This document shows positions 1 to 7,886 of a DNA stretch of 64,000 bases, piece after piece. The position numbers and the translations under genes were made by a program. Source of the stretch: Salinivirgaceae bacterium (lineage in GTDB: Bacteria > Bacteroidota > Bacteroidia > Bacteroidales > SZUA-534). Positions within the stretch are counted from its first letter, which is position 1. Every line of letters begins with the position of its first letter. The DNA lies in NCBI GenBank assembly GCA_017551905.1, contig JAFZKK010000161.1, forward strand, positions 64,599 to 128,598, given 5' to 3'. The notes below the pieces were generated by a model. The model did no database searches. It saw only the letters and a list, made by a program, of their open reading frames with translations, and was not told the origin of the DNA.

Positions 1-329
1 CATAGTTGCCAAAAGCAGACCGCACCAGCTGCGATGTTTGGCAGGTGCATATTCATTCCCTCAAAAACGACGTTCTCAACCAAATAGGCCAATAGGATAA
101 GCCCGTAAACCTTTGCCAGCGTAACCGTCACTTTGCCCAATGCACTCGATTTGAATTTGCCACTCGCTTTGTTCGGCTGCGCCGTACTCGCTCGACGCGC
201 CAACCGCCACGCACTCACCACGTCGTACAAAACGGCAACTGTGCAGACACCCATAAACGGCAAAGTCGGTTCAAGGTAGGCCAGCAGACCGCAAGCGGCT
301 GCGCCTAAATATTTCAGTATCGTTTCCAT
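1..329 (-). CDS. phage holin-family membrane protein (C-terminus cut by window edge)
   Basis: Absent from the ORF track because it runs off the window. The reverse complement from ATG (329-327) reads METILKYLGAAACGLLAYLEPTLPFMGVCTVAVLYDVVSAWRLARRASTAQPNKASGKFKSSALGKVTVTLAKVYGLILLAYLVENVVFEGMNMHLPNIAAGAVCFWQL. It has hydrophobic helices separated by a basic loop. From memory it resembles Bacteroides prophage holins (Phage_holin_4_1 type). Confidence 0.5.
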   Translation of the reverse strand, partial: METILKYLGAAACGLLAYLEPTLPFMGVCTVAVLYDVVSAWRLARRASTAQPNKASGKFKSSALGKVTVTLAKVYGLILLAYLVENVVFEGMNMHLPNIAAGAVCFWQL

Positions 330-433
330 AGTATTTGTCTTATTGCGTCCTATCATTGTCCTATTTCACTTTGCTTCGTCGCAAAACTGAAAGAGCGGCT
401 CTCGCCGCCCTTTCGTTTGCCTTCTCGCTTCTT

Positions 434-730
434 TTAGAGCGTTCCGTAGTAGTGCGACATAGCCGCACCGTAAGCGGTTGAATACTTGGCCGATGATTGA
501 GCCACGGCTTCCCATTCGGCTTTCTTCGTTGCGTCCTTCAAGTCGGCTCGTGCTTGCGCTGCGGCAAGTTTGAACTTCTCTTGAACTTCCAACTGTGCGT
601 CGCTCAACTCGCCCGAGCGAATACCCAAGCGGTAGAGGATAGTTTTGCCGTTTTTGTTGCGGAAGCAGTAACGGCCACCGATTTTTCCTGATAAACCCTC
701 GGTTACCAGATTGTCTTTCACTTTACTCAT
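434..730 (-). CDS. small hypothetical protein (98 aa), phage-module associated
   Basis: Clean ATG ORF with non-repetitive, protein-like composition (MSKVKDNLVTEGLSGKIGGRYCFRNKNGKTILYRLG...). It is co-oriented with the holin downstream. No recognisable domain. Confidence 0.55.
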   Translation of the reverse strand: MSKVKDNLVTEGLSGKIGGRYCFRNKNGKTILYRLGIRSGELSDAQLEVQEKFKLAAAQARADLKDATKKAEWEAVAQSSAKYSTAYGAAMSHYYGTL

Positions 731-1246
731 AGTGGTACAATTATTTGGTTGAACAATAAATTAGTTGCGGCAAAACTATTGTCGGCCACCAGCCGATGTG
801 CTCAATACTGCCGCCTAATCGTATCTCGTTATCGCCTTATCCCGATAATCCGATGAAAAAATGCCTGTTCGGTGAGCGGCATATTTGCCGCGCCTTCCGT
901 TCTGTGCCGCTTGCTTTAGCAAGCCCTTTCCGTGTGTTTAGTGTGTTCCGTGGTTATTTGCCGCAGCAGTATCAGTCCTATTGTTGTCCTATCTGTCCTG
1001 TCAGTTTAGTGTCGGTGGCTTTAGCCGCCGATAATTGAAATGGTGGCTGCGCCGACGTATGCCCGCCCGCCACACCCATAGTAGAAAACAAGGTGCTTCG
1101 CAGACGAGTTTTTTCGCAAAGCGAGGGCAGACGCAAGGCTTAAACATAATGTAAACTATCAGAACAGCTCGTTCCGTCGGTGCTCCTACACTTGCGCTGT
1201 CAGTGATAGTTTGCATTATGTTAAACTGCGCTGCCACCCTTCAGTT

Positions 1247-1300
1247 AAAAAAAATCCGCGTGGGGACCTCTTTAATTCCCCACCGCGTGCGTCTTTTTTT
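1247..1300. terminator. bidirectional intrinsic-terminator-like hairpin
   Basis: CGCGTGGGGA-cctctttaat-TCCCCA(C)CGCG at 1257-1287 is flanked by A8 (1247-1254) and by gtgcgtcTTTTTTT (to 1300). On the minus strand the hairpin is followed directly by GATTTTTTTT. Confidence 0.5.
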
Positions 1301-1475
1301 CCGCCTTCAGGAGAGCGGTAAGGGGAGTGCAGTGCAAGCCGTTCCACCATTGCCCAAGCACCAACCAAATACACCGAACCACACCTGTATTGCCATAATG
1401 GCAAGCCCTTCAACGGGCGGTCGCGCTCTTTCCACAGCCAAATTTGCACCGAAACCAGCCGCACTGACAGAGGTC

Positions 1476-1805
1476 TTGCCGTGTTCAAGTCACTCTGCGG
1501 CTCGTACCTCACTGCAGGGTGGTTTCACACCGCAAGCAGTTTGTTTATAATCCAAGAGCCGCCGCGTCTGTTCCATTCCGAAGGCTTCCTACCCACAGCA
1601 CAGTATCAGGAATTTTTCCACCCTTCGCGTTGGCAGACCGTATCTCGACCTTCGGTCTCGATATGGCGTACCAACGCCCAACCCACATTCCCGATGCCGT
1701 GCCCTTTGCTCTCGCCAAGCCTTCTGCATTCCGCAGACCGTCGGCACTTGCCAGCCCACAATTCGGTGCAAGTTTCCTGACGCGCCGCACTGACCGCCCT
1801 CGCAC
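1476..1805. repeat. copy 1 of a ~330-bp module repeated at a ~472-bp offset in the ORF-free region
   Basis: Aligns with 1948-2280. Block 1 (1476-1547 vs 1948-2017, TTGCCGTGyTCAAGTCACTCTGCGGCTCGTrCCTCrCTGCAGGGTGGTyTCrCACCGCAA) is about 90% identical. Further conserved blocks are GCGTC.G.T.CATTCCGAAGGCTTCC.ACCCA, GCCAAGCCTTCT.CATTCCGC and GCCCTCGCAC, separated by diverged linkers. Confidence 0.7.
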
Positions 1806-1947
1806 GCTGCCCGCAAACTTCACGCTATCGCACATTCAGTCCTTGTCAAGTTTTCTTTCTCGCGCACCCAGCCGCCACGCACACAATCGGTCGGCTCGCG
1901 CTTTTCCCTTCGCCGCTTGCTACACGTCGGAACGCCGTAAGCGGTTT

Positions 1948-2280
1948 TTGCCGTGCTCAAGTCACTCTGCGGCTCGTGCCTCGCTGCAGGGTGGTCTCGC
2001 ACCGCAAAGGATTTGTTCATTTTCTTTCCCAAGCGCAGCGCGTCCGCTTCATTCCGAAGGCTTCCAACCCAAGCGCGGCGACGGACTTTCCCCACGCACC
2101 ACGTTGCCGACCATATCCAACCGCACAGGCTCACCCAATATGGTCTGCAATGTTCGCACCCCACAGTCCGACACCGTGCCGCCACGCCAAGCCTTCTACA
2201 TTCCGCTACCTCGCAGCCCTTGTCGGCGTCCCGACAATCCGCAAGCCACAGCCCACAAAAGCACGTCGCCGCCCTCGCAC
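1948..2280. repeat. copy 2 of the ~330-bp repeated module
   Basis: See copy 1. The offset is 472-475 bp and the conserved blocks occur in the same order. Confidence 0.7.
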
Positions 2281-2946
2281 ATTCAACGCGCCCCACGCCG
2301 CTTGCCACTTTGCCCTCGCCAGCCCCCAACCACCCACCCGTAGAGGAAGTTGGCGCGCTTCGCGCATAAGTGGTTTTTTCGGCTGTCGCGGGCTAAAATT
2401 TCGACAGGCTGTTTCCTTTAGGTTTCCTTAATGTTTGCTTTATGTTCCCTTTATGTTACGATGTAAGTTTTGAATGGAAAACTGCCTTGCAAAAAGACCA
2501 AAGCCAAAAAGGAATAGCAAAGGTGGCTTCACGCCGCGCCCCTGCAAGGTCAAGCCCTTCGGGTTTTTGAGGAAAATCTTCCTTTCCTCGCTGCGCTCGA
2601 AAAGAGTATTTTCCCCAAAAAACCTTGCGTGTCGCTCTGTTCACGCCCTCTGTTTTGCATTCCTTTTTTCTTTTTTTCGGTTTTTCTTTTTTCCAGGCCA
2701 GTTTGTTCGTCGCGCTGCGTTCAGTGCCGTGCAGCGAGTTGGCACCCGACCGACCCGCCCATTCCGTGCGCCCTGTCGGTTCCTGCGCTCGGTTTCGCTC
2801 GGTAGTTGGTCGGCATTCGCCGCGGACCCCTCGGCGGTGGTTCCGCTCGATGTCGGCCGAATGGTCGGCACTCGGTTCGAGTCTCGAATGGGGAATGCAA
2901 CCGCAGAACCAAGACGAGAAACAAAAAGTGTTTCTCGTTGGCAGTC

Positions 2947-2980
2947 AATAAAAAAGCCGACAACCTTTCGGCCATCGGCT
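2947..2980 (-). terminator. orphan intrinsic-terminator-like hairpin (minus strand)
   Basis: The minus strand reads AGCCGATGGCCGAAAGGTTGTCGGCTTTTTTATT (GCCGA/TCGGC stem followed by T6). It marks the switch from GC-rich ORF-free DNA to the AT-rich promoter region of the LRR gene. Confidence 0.4.
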
Positions 2981-3032
2981 CACATTGTTGAAATCAAACA
3001 CTTCGTAAAGTGTTCGGTCAAATATAGCGTTT

Positions 3033-3065
3033 TTTGCGTCTCTAAAACGATTTTCGTTACATTTG
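3033..3065 (+). promoter_or_regulatory. candidate Bacteroides-type promoter of the LRR gene
   Basis: TTTG (3033-3036), a 21-nt spacer, then TACATTTG (3058-3065). This matches the Bacteroides -33 TTTG / -7 TAnnTTTG consensus. It lies 76 nt upstream of ATG 3141. Confidence 0.4.
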
Positions 3066-3140
3066 TGAGTGAATTATGGCATTTTGCAGTTATGCTTACC
3101 AAAGCGAATAAAAACACATAACACGCTGACAATTACATAA

Positions 3141-6100
3141 ATGGTTCTAAACTGTTTCTTGCGAAACGTAAATGATTGGTTGTCAACAGACAACGTTACT
3201 TGCATCGGCAAAAGTGCTTTTGAAGGTTGCTGTAATTTGCCCTCAATTGATATTACAAACAATGTTGTAAGCATTGGAGAATATGCATTCAGCGATTGTA
3301 TTAACCTGTCATCTGTAACAATCGGAAACTCGGTAGAATGCATTGAACCACGCTCGTTCATATGCAAGGACTTGCAGTCTATTACTGTCAGTATTGACAA
3401 CCCCAATTATTCTTCTGAAAATGGTGTTTTGTTCAATAAAGACAAAACTGAATTGATATGTTGTCCTGGAGGGAAAACAGGTGATTATACTATACCCGGA
3501 ACTGTAAAAAACATTGGCTATGGTTCGTTCGATGGTTGTGGTGTCCTGACATCTGTTTCAATACCAGAATCCGTTACAAATATATACGGCTATGCATTCA
3601 GAGACTGCAGGAGTCTAACAACAATTGTGATTCCTGAATCGATTGAAACAATTAGCGTAGCAACATTTGAGGGGTGCACCGGATTGAAATCTATAATAAT
3701 TCCCAAATCAGTTAAGAGCATCAGTTCTTATGCTTTTTATAATTGCAGTAGTATAGAAAATTTAACTATTCCGCCTACAGTTGAAGTTATTTACAACGAT
3801 GCGTTCCAAGGAGTTCCAAATGTCACATACAAAGGGTACGCGGCTGGCGCACCATGGGGAGCGAACCAAGTAACCACCAATGCCGCCGATTTCACTTATG
3901 CTGATGATGAAATGACAATCCTTACAGGATACAAAGGCACTGACGGTGTGGCGTTCATTCCCAGCACAGTCACAACAATTAGTGCCGGTGCATTTAATAA
4001 TAATGGCAGCACAATCACATCATTAGGTATTCCAAGTTCTGTTACTTCTTTTGAAGCTAACGCCTTCAGCGGTTGCAACAACCTGGAATCAATTACAATC
4101 AACAACGAAGCCGATTTTTCAAATGCCGGGCTCTATTTCACACAAGACGGCATCAAATACCATGTGCTGAACAAGGATGAGATAGAGGTGGTTGCTGTAT
4201 ATTACGAAGAGCTTGATGATGAAAGTATCAGGTTTAATTCAAATACATATTCGGGAGATTTGGTGATACCTGATACAATAACAATGGGCAGAAACTATGC
4301 TGTCAAAAGCATCGGCCCGTATGCGTTCTGCGGCTCCAACCTTACTTCAGTTACAATTCCTAATTCGGTAAAAAGCATCGGCGCAAATGCTTTCTCGAGT
4401 TGCAATAATCTAAAATCAGTAACTATAGGTGATTCTGTTGAAACCATTGGCAATTCTGCCTTTAACGGAAGTCGAAATCTGGAAACAGTCTCCTTTGGCA
4501 GTTCTGTAACCAACATAGGAAACGATGCTTTCAGGTGGACAAGTCTGAAAGAAATTGACATTCCAAGTTCTGTAACCACCATTGGAGGATATGCGTTTGC
4601 AGAGTGTAACAGTTTGGAAACAATAGACATCCCTTCTTCGGTAGATACTGTTGGAGATTATGCATTTTCGTCATGCAGCAACATTAAAAACTTGTCTTAT
4701 AACACCGATGCTTTCAACCCAAGCAGCATAAACCAGTCAAACCTGGAGTCCGTTGTTATCGGCGATGCCGTTACAATTATTCCGGATTACGCGTTCCAAT
4801 ATAGTAGCAATTTGAACTCGGTAACTATCGGCAATTCTGTTGAAAGCATTGGTAATGATGCATTCTATTATTGCAGAGGTTTAAAATCGATAACCATCGG
4901 CAGTTCGGTCGATAGCATTGGCAACGCCGCTTTCTACAATTGCGACAGCTTGAAATCAATAGAAATCCCTAATTCAGTTAAAACCATTGGCACGTCTGCT
5001 TTCTACAATTGTGATGGTTTGAATTCTGTCACTATAGGCAATTCGGTTAAAACCATTGGTAACTATGCATTCTATGACTGCGACAGCTTGAAATCAATAG
5101 AAATCCCAACTTCAGTTGATAGTATAGGCTACTACGCATTTTACTCTTGTAGCGGATTGACATCATTAGAAATACCAGAATCAGTCAAACACATTAATGA
5201 TTATGCCTTTGAATCATGCTACAACATTAAAACCCTGACTTACAACACCGACGCTTTCAATCCAAGCAAAATAAACAAGTCAAATTTGGAAACAGTCGTA
5301 ATTGGCGATGCAGTAACATCTATTCCAGATTATGCGTTCTACAATTGCAACAATCTAAAATCGGTAACTATCGGCAATTCTGTTGAAAGCATTGGTGACT
5401 ATGCGTTTTGTTATTGCAACAATCTTGCAGATGTAAAATATAATTCTGAAACAACAACCATTGGCCAAAATGCGTTTTACGGAACCCAATTTGTGCCATT
5501 TGAATTGACATTCTCGTTCAGTAGCGGAACGGGAACGGCTGTATTAACAGGAGTCAAAGGCACAACCATTCCAGAATCAATAACCATTCCTGAAACAATA
5601 AATGTCAACGGTGTTGATTATACAATAACAGGCATTGGAGCGGACGCGTTCTATGAATGTGGCGGTTTGAAATCGATAGAGTTGCCAGAAACAATTAAAA
5701 GCATTGGCGCTCAGGCTTTCCGTGGTTGCGGCAACTTAACATCAATAAATATTCCTAATTCAGTGACAACAATAGGATTTGCCGCCTTTTCCGATTGCAG
5801 TAGCTTAACGTCGATAAATATCCCTGATAATCTTACAAGCATTGGAGGTCAAGTGTTCCATAATTGCGGATTCACATCTGTAACTATTCCAAATTCAGTA
5901 AAAAGCATCGATGATTACGCTTTTAGCTGGTGTACGAAATTGGAATCGGTCGAAATTGGCAATTCAGTTAAAACAATAGGCACCGAAGCATTCGCTCATT
6001 GCACAAGTTTGAATTCTTTAACCTTAGGAGAATCAGTAAAAACAATTGGCACGTTGGCTTTCTACGATTGCAGCAGTCTGGCTTCAATTGACCTTCCCGA

Positions 6101-7235
6101 ATCGGTTACATATATAGCTTCTAATGCATTCACTGGCACCAATGTGCCAGAAGAAGACCTGAAACTGGGGAACCAAGAGGGCAACCAAAACCAGCAAAAC
6201 AATCAGACTCAGGTGGTTTTAAACGGAGTGATATACAAACTTGTTGGAAATACAGTAACTGTAACAGGCTACAACAAAGATGCCAATATCACAGAAGTGT
6301 TCATTCCGGCAAAAATGACTATTGGCGCAGTTTCCTATCCGGTTACGAGCATCGCGTCCAAGGCGTTTGCAAACAATATGAATATCAAGTCGGTAACCAT
6401 CGGCAGCAATGTTACTACTATAGGCGAGAGCGCCTTCTCAAACTGCCGCCGTATTGAGTCGATAGACATTAAATCGTTGAATGTCGCCATTGGCGATAAG
6501 GCCTTCCGCGGATGCCATGCGGCGCAGACAGTTTATGTGCCAAGCACGGCAAAAAGCATTGGCACAGAGGCGTTTATGTTTGTCAAAAATGTTTACTACT
6601 ACGGTTCTCTTGACCAGGAGCCGTGGCGTGCGCTCACTGTCAACGGCTATGTTGAGGGTGATTATGTATATGCCGACGAGAGCAAGACCAACCTTACCGG
6701 CTACTTTGGCAGCGGCGGCGACATCGAGATACCCGAAGGTGTTGAGACTATTGGTCAGTATTCGTTCTTCGAGTCGCTGGGCCTCACATCGGTCAACATC
6801 CCGTCGTCGGTCATCAGCATAGGCAAGGGAGCCTTCAGCAACTGCCACGATTTGGAGAGCGTCTTTATCCCCAACTCGGTTGTCATGGTTTCGGCCGATG
6901 CCTTCTGCGCCTGCGAGGGCTCAACCATCTATTGCCAGTTCCCCGAGAAGCCCGTCCAGTGGAGCAACAAGTGGAACTATCAGCAGGGCGGCAGCGTGGT
7001 CTGGAACAGCATCACCGATATCGATGAGTCGGCCGCCAACACAGTCACCATCTACGCCGAAGGCCGCACCATAGTTGTCGAAAACGCCACCGATGAAATC
7101 AGCGTTTATGATGCAATGGGGCGCATTGTGGGTAGAGACGTTGCGCGCAACGTTTGTACAATAGCAATCAATAAACCCGGCGTTTTCATCGTAAAAACCG
7201 GCGCCACCGTTCAGCGTGTTGTTGTAAATTATTGA
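3141..7235 (+). CDS. BspA-like leucine-rich-repeat (LRR_5) surface protein with T9SS C-terminal sorting domain; no N-terminal signal peptide (possibly 5'-truncated)
   Basis: Dozens of ~23-aa 'SVTIGNSVxSIGxxAFxxCxxL' repeats. The C-terminus ISVYDAMGRIVGRDVARNVCTIAINKPGVFIVKTGATVQRVVVNY is typical of the Por/T9SS CTD. The N-terminus MVLNCFLRNVNDWLSTDNV has no hydrophobic leader, and an in-frame stop immediately precedes the ATG. Confidence 0.85.
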   Translation: MVLNCFLRNVNDWLSTDNVTCIGKSAFEGCCNLPSIDITNNVVSIGEYAFSDCINLSSVTIGNSVECIEPRSFICKDLQSITVSIDNPNYSSENGVLFNKDKTELICCPGGKTGDYTIPGTVKNIGYGSFDGCGVLTSVSIPESVTNIYGYAFRDCRSLTTIVIPESIETISVATFEGCTGLKSIIIPKSVKSISSYAFYNCSSIENLTIPPTVEVIYNDAFQGVPNVTYKGYAAGAPWGANQVTTNAADFTYADDEMTILTGYKGTDGVAFIPSTVTTISAGAFNNNGSTITSLGIPSSVTSFEANAFSGCNNLESITINNEADFSNAGLYFTQDGIKYHVLNKDEIEVVAVYYEELDDESIRFNSNTYSGDLVIPDTITMGRNYAVKSIGPYAFCGSNLTSVTIPNSVKSIGANAFSSCNNLKSVTIGDSVETIGNSAFNGSRNLETVSFGSSVTNIGNDAFRWTSLKEIDIPSSVTTIGGYAFAECNSLETIDIPSSVDTVGDYAFSSCSNIKNLSYNTDAFNPSSINQSNLESVVIGDAVTIIPDYAFQYSSNLNSVTIGNSVESIGNDAFYYCRGLKSITIGSSVDSIGNAAFYNCDSLKSIEIPNSVKTIGTSAFYNCDGLNSVTIGNSVKTIGNYAFYDCDSLKSIEIPTSVDSIGYYAFYSCSGLTSLEIPESVKHINDYAFESCYNIKTLTYNTDAFNPSKINKSNLETVVIGDAVTSIPDYAFYNCNNLKSVTIGNSVESIGDYAFCYCNNLADVKYNSETTTIGQNAFYGTQFVPFELTFSFSSGTGTAVLTGVKGTTIPESITIPETINVNGVDYTITGIGADAFYECGGLKSIELPETIKSIGAQAFRGCGNLTSINIPNSVTTIGFAAFSDCSSLTSINIPDNLTSIGGQVFHNCGFTSVTIPNSVKSIDDYAFSWCTKLESVEIGNSVKTIGTEAFAHCTSLNSLTLGESVKTIGTLAFYDCSSLASIDLPESVTYIASNAFTGTNVPEEDLKLGNQEGNQNQQNNQTQVVLNGVIYKLVGNTVTVTGYNKDANITEVFIPAKMTIGAVSYPVTSIASKAFANNMNIKSVTIGSNVTTIGESAFSNCRRIESIDIKSLNVAIGDKAFRGCHAAQTVYVPSTAKSIGTEAFMFVKNVYYYGSLDQEPWRALTVNGYVEGDYVYADESKTNLTGYFGSGGDIEIPEGVETIGQYSFFESLGLTSVNIPSSVISIGKGAFSNCHDLESVFIPNSVVMVSADAFCACEGSTIYCQFPEKPVQWSNKWNYQQGGSVVWNSITDIDESAANTVTIYAEGRTIVVENATDEISVYDAMGRIVGRDVARNVCTIAINKPGVFIVKTGATVQRVVVNY

Positions 7236-7464
7236 TAATATGTTGTAGAGACGCGATTAATCGCGTCTGTACCGAGATAAATATAAATGCCACACGCGTC
7301 TGCATCGCAATAACCGGCATCGCCGTTCAGCGCGTTATTGTAAATTATTGATAATATGTTGTAGAGACGCGATTAATCGCGTCTGTACCGAGATAAATAT
7401 AAAAATGCCACACGCGTCCGCATCGCAATAACCAATAGAGCCGTTCAGCGTGATAGTAAAATAG
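7132..7464 (+). repeat. three tandem copies (period ~116 bp) of the CTD-encoding 3' end of the LRR gene
   Basis: Copy 0 (7132-7235) is coding. Copies 1 (7245-7351) and 2 (7361-7464) are nearly identical to each other and by eye roughly two-thirds identical to copy 0. Each carries a perfect palindrome at the same position: ACGTTGCGCGCAACGT (7138-7153) versus AGACGCGATTAATCGCGTCT (7249-7268, 7365-7384). Confidence 0.85.
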
Positions 7465-7496
7465 GGGGTAAAGATTTCTGAGTTAGAGTCCGGCGC

Positions 7497-7526
7497 AAAA
7501 AAAAGACCTCAAACTTGGTTTGAAGC
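7497..7526 (-). terminator. intrinsic terminator of the tRNA operon
   Basis: The minus strand reads CTTCAAAC-CAAG-GTTTGAGG followed by TCTTTTTTTT, immediately 3' of tRNA-Leu. Confidence 0.65.
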
Positions 7527-7539
7527 CTTCTGTTTCTTG

Positions 7540-7625
7540 TACCCGGAGCCGGTCTCGAACCGGCACGTCCATTACTGGACACAGGATTTTAAGTCCGGCG
7601 CGTCTACCAATTCCGCCATCTGGGC
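7540..7625 (-). tRNA. tRNA-Leu (anticodon UAA)
   Basis: The reverse complement is GCCCAGATGGCGGAATTGGTAGACGCGCCGGACTTAAAATCCTGTGTCCAGTAATGGACGTGCCGGTTCGAGACCGGCTCCGGGTA. Anticodon loop CTTAAAA, long variable arm, T-arm GCCGG-TTCGAGA-CCGGC. There is one A/C mismatch in the acceptor stem and no encoded CCA. Confidence 0.85.
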
Positions 7626-7652
7626 AACATTGATGAGAACTCAAAAAAAAAG

Positions 7653-7725
<73 letters not shown>

Positions 7726-7736
7726 GTTTGCGGTTG

Positions 7737-7767
7737 CAAATGTATGTCAATTTTCAATACCTGCAAT
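7737..7767 (-). promoter_or_regulatory. candidate promoter of the tRNA-Gly/tRNA-Leu operon
   Basis: The minus strand reads aTTG, 19 nt, TACATTTG, 11 nt, then the tRNA-Gly 5' end. The -7 box matches TAnnTTTG exactly. Confidence 0.5.
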
Positions 7768-7859
7768 AGGGTGAACGAAAAATTTTTGTTCGCCTTTTTC
7801 AAAAAATAGTCGCTTAAAAACCAAACAAATACATTTTAAATTCGTAGAACGTTAATTGT

Positions 7860-7867
7860 TATTTTTG
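7860..7867 (+). promoter_or_regulatory. candidate -7 box (TATTTTTG) for the TPR-PP2C gene
   Basis: Matches TAnnTTTG 20 nt upstream of ATG 7887. The -33 element is only a partial match (TTTA). Confidence 0.35.
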
Positions 7868-7886
7868 TTTAAAAAACGGGTGGGTG

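Noticed and set aside
2868-2890. tRNA-like GGTTCGAGTC T-loop motif, a possible tRNA/tmRNA fragment or att site.
   Set aside because: The flanks do not form a T-stem or an acceptor stem. The segment shares only 8 nt (GTCTCGAA) with the tRNA-Leu 3' region, which is not significant.
796-3121. Numerous track ORFs (for example 1519-2343 at 274 aa, 1820-2329 at 169 aa, 2474-3121 at 215 aa) in the GC-rich region.
   Set aside because: The translations are Pro/Arg/Ser/Ala-rich low complexity. They overlap one another in several frames and strands, and have no domain-like segments. This is the expected by-product of GC-rich, stop-poor non-coding DNA.
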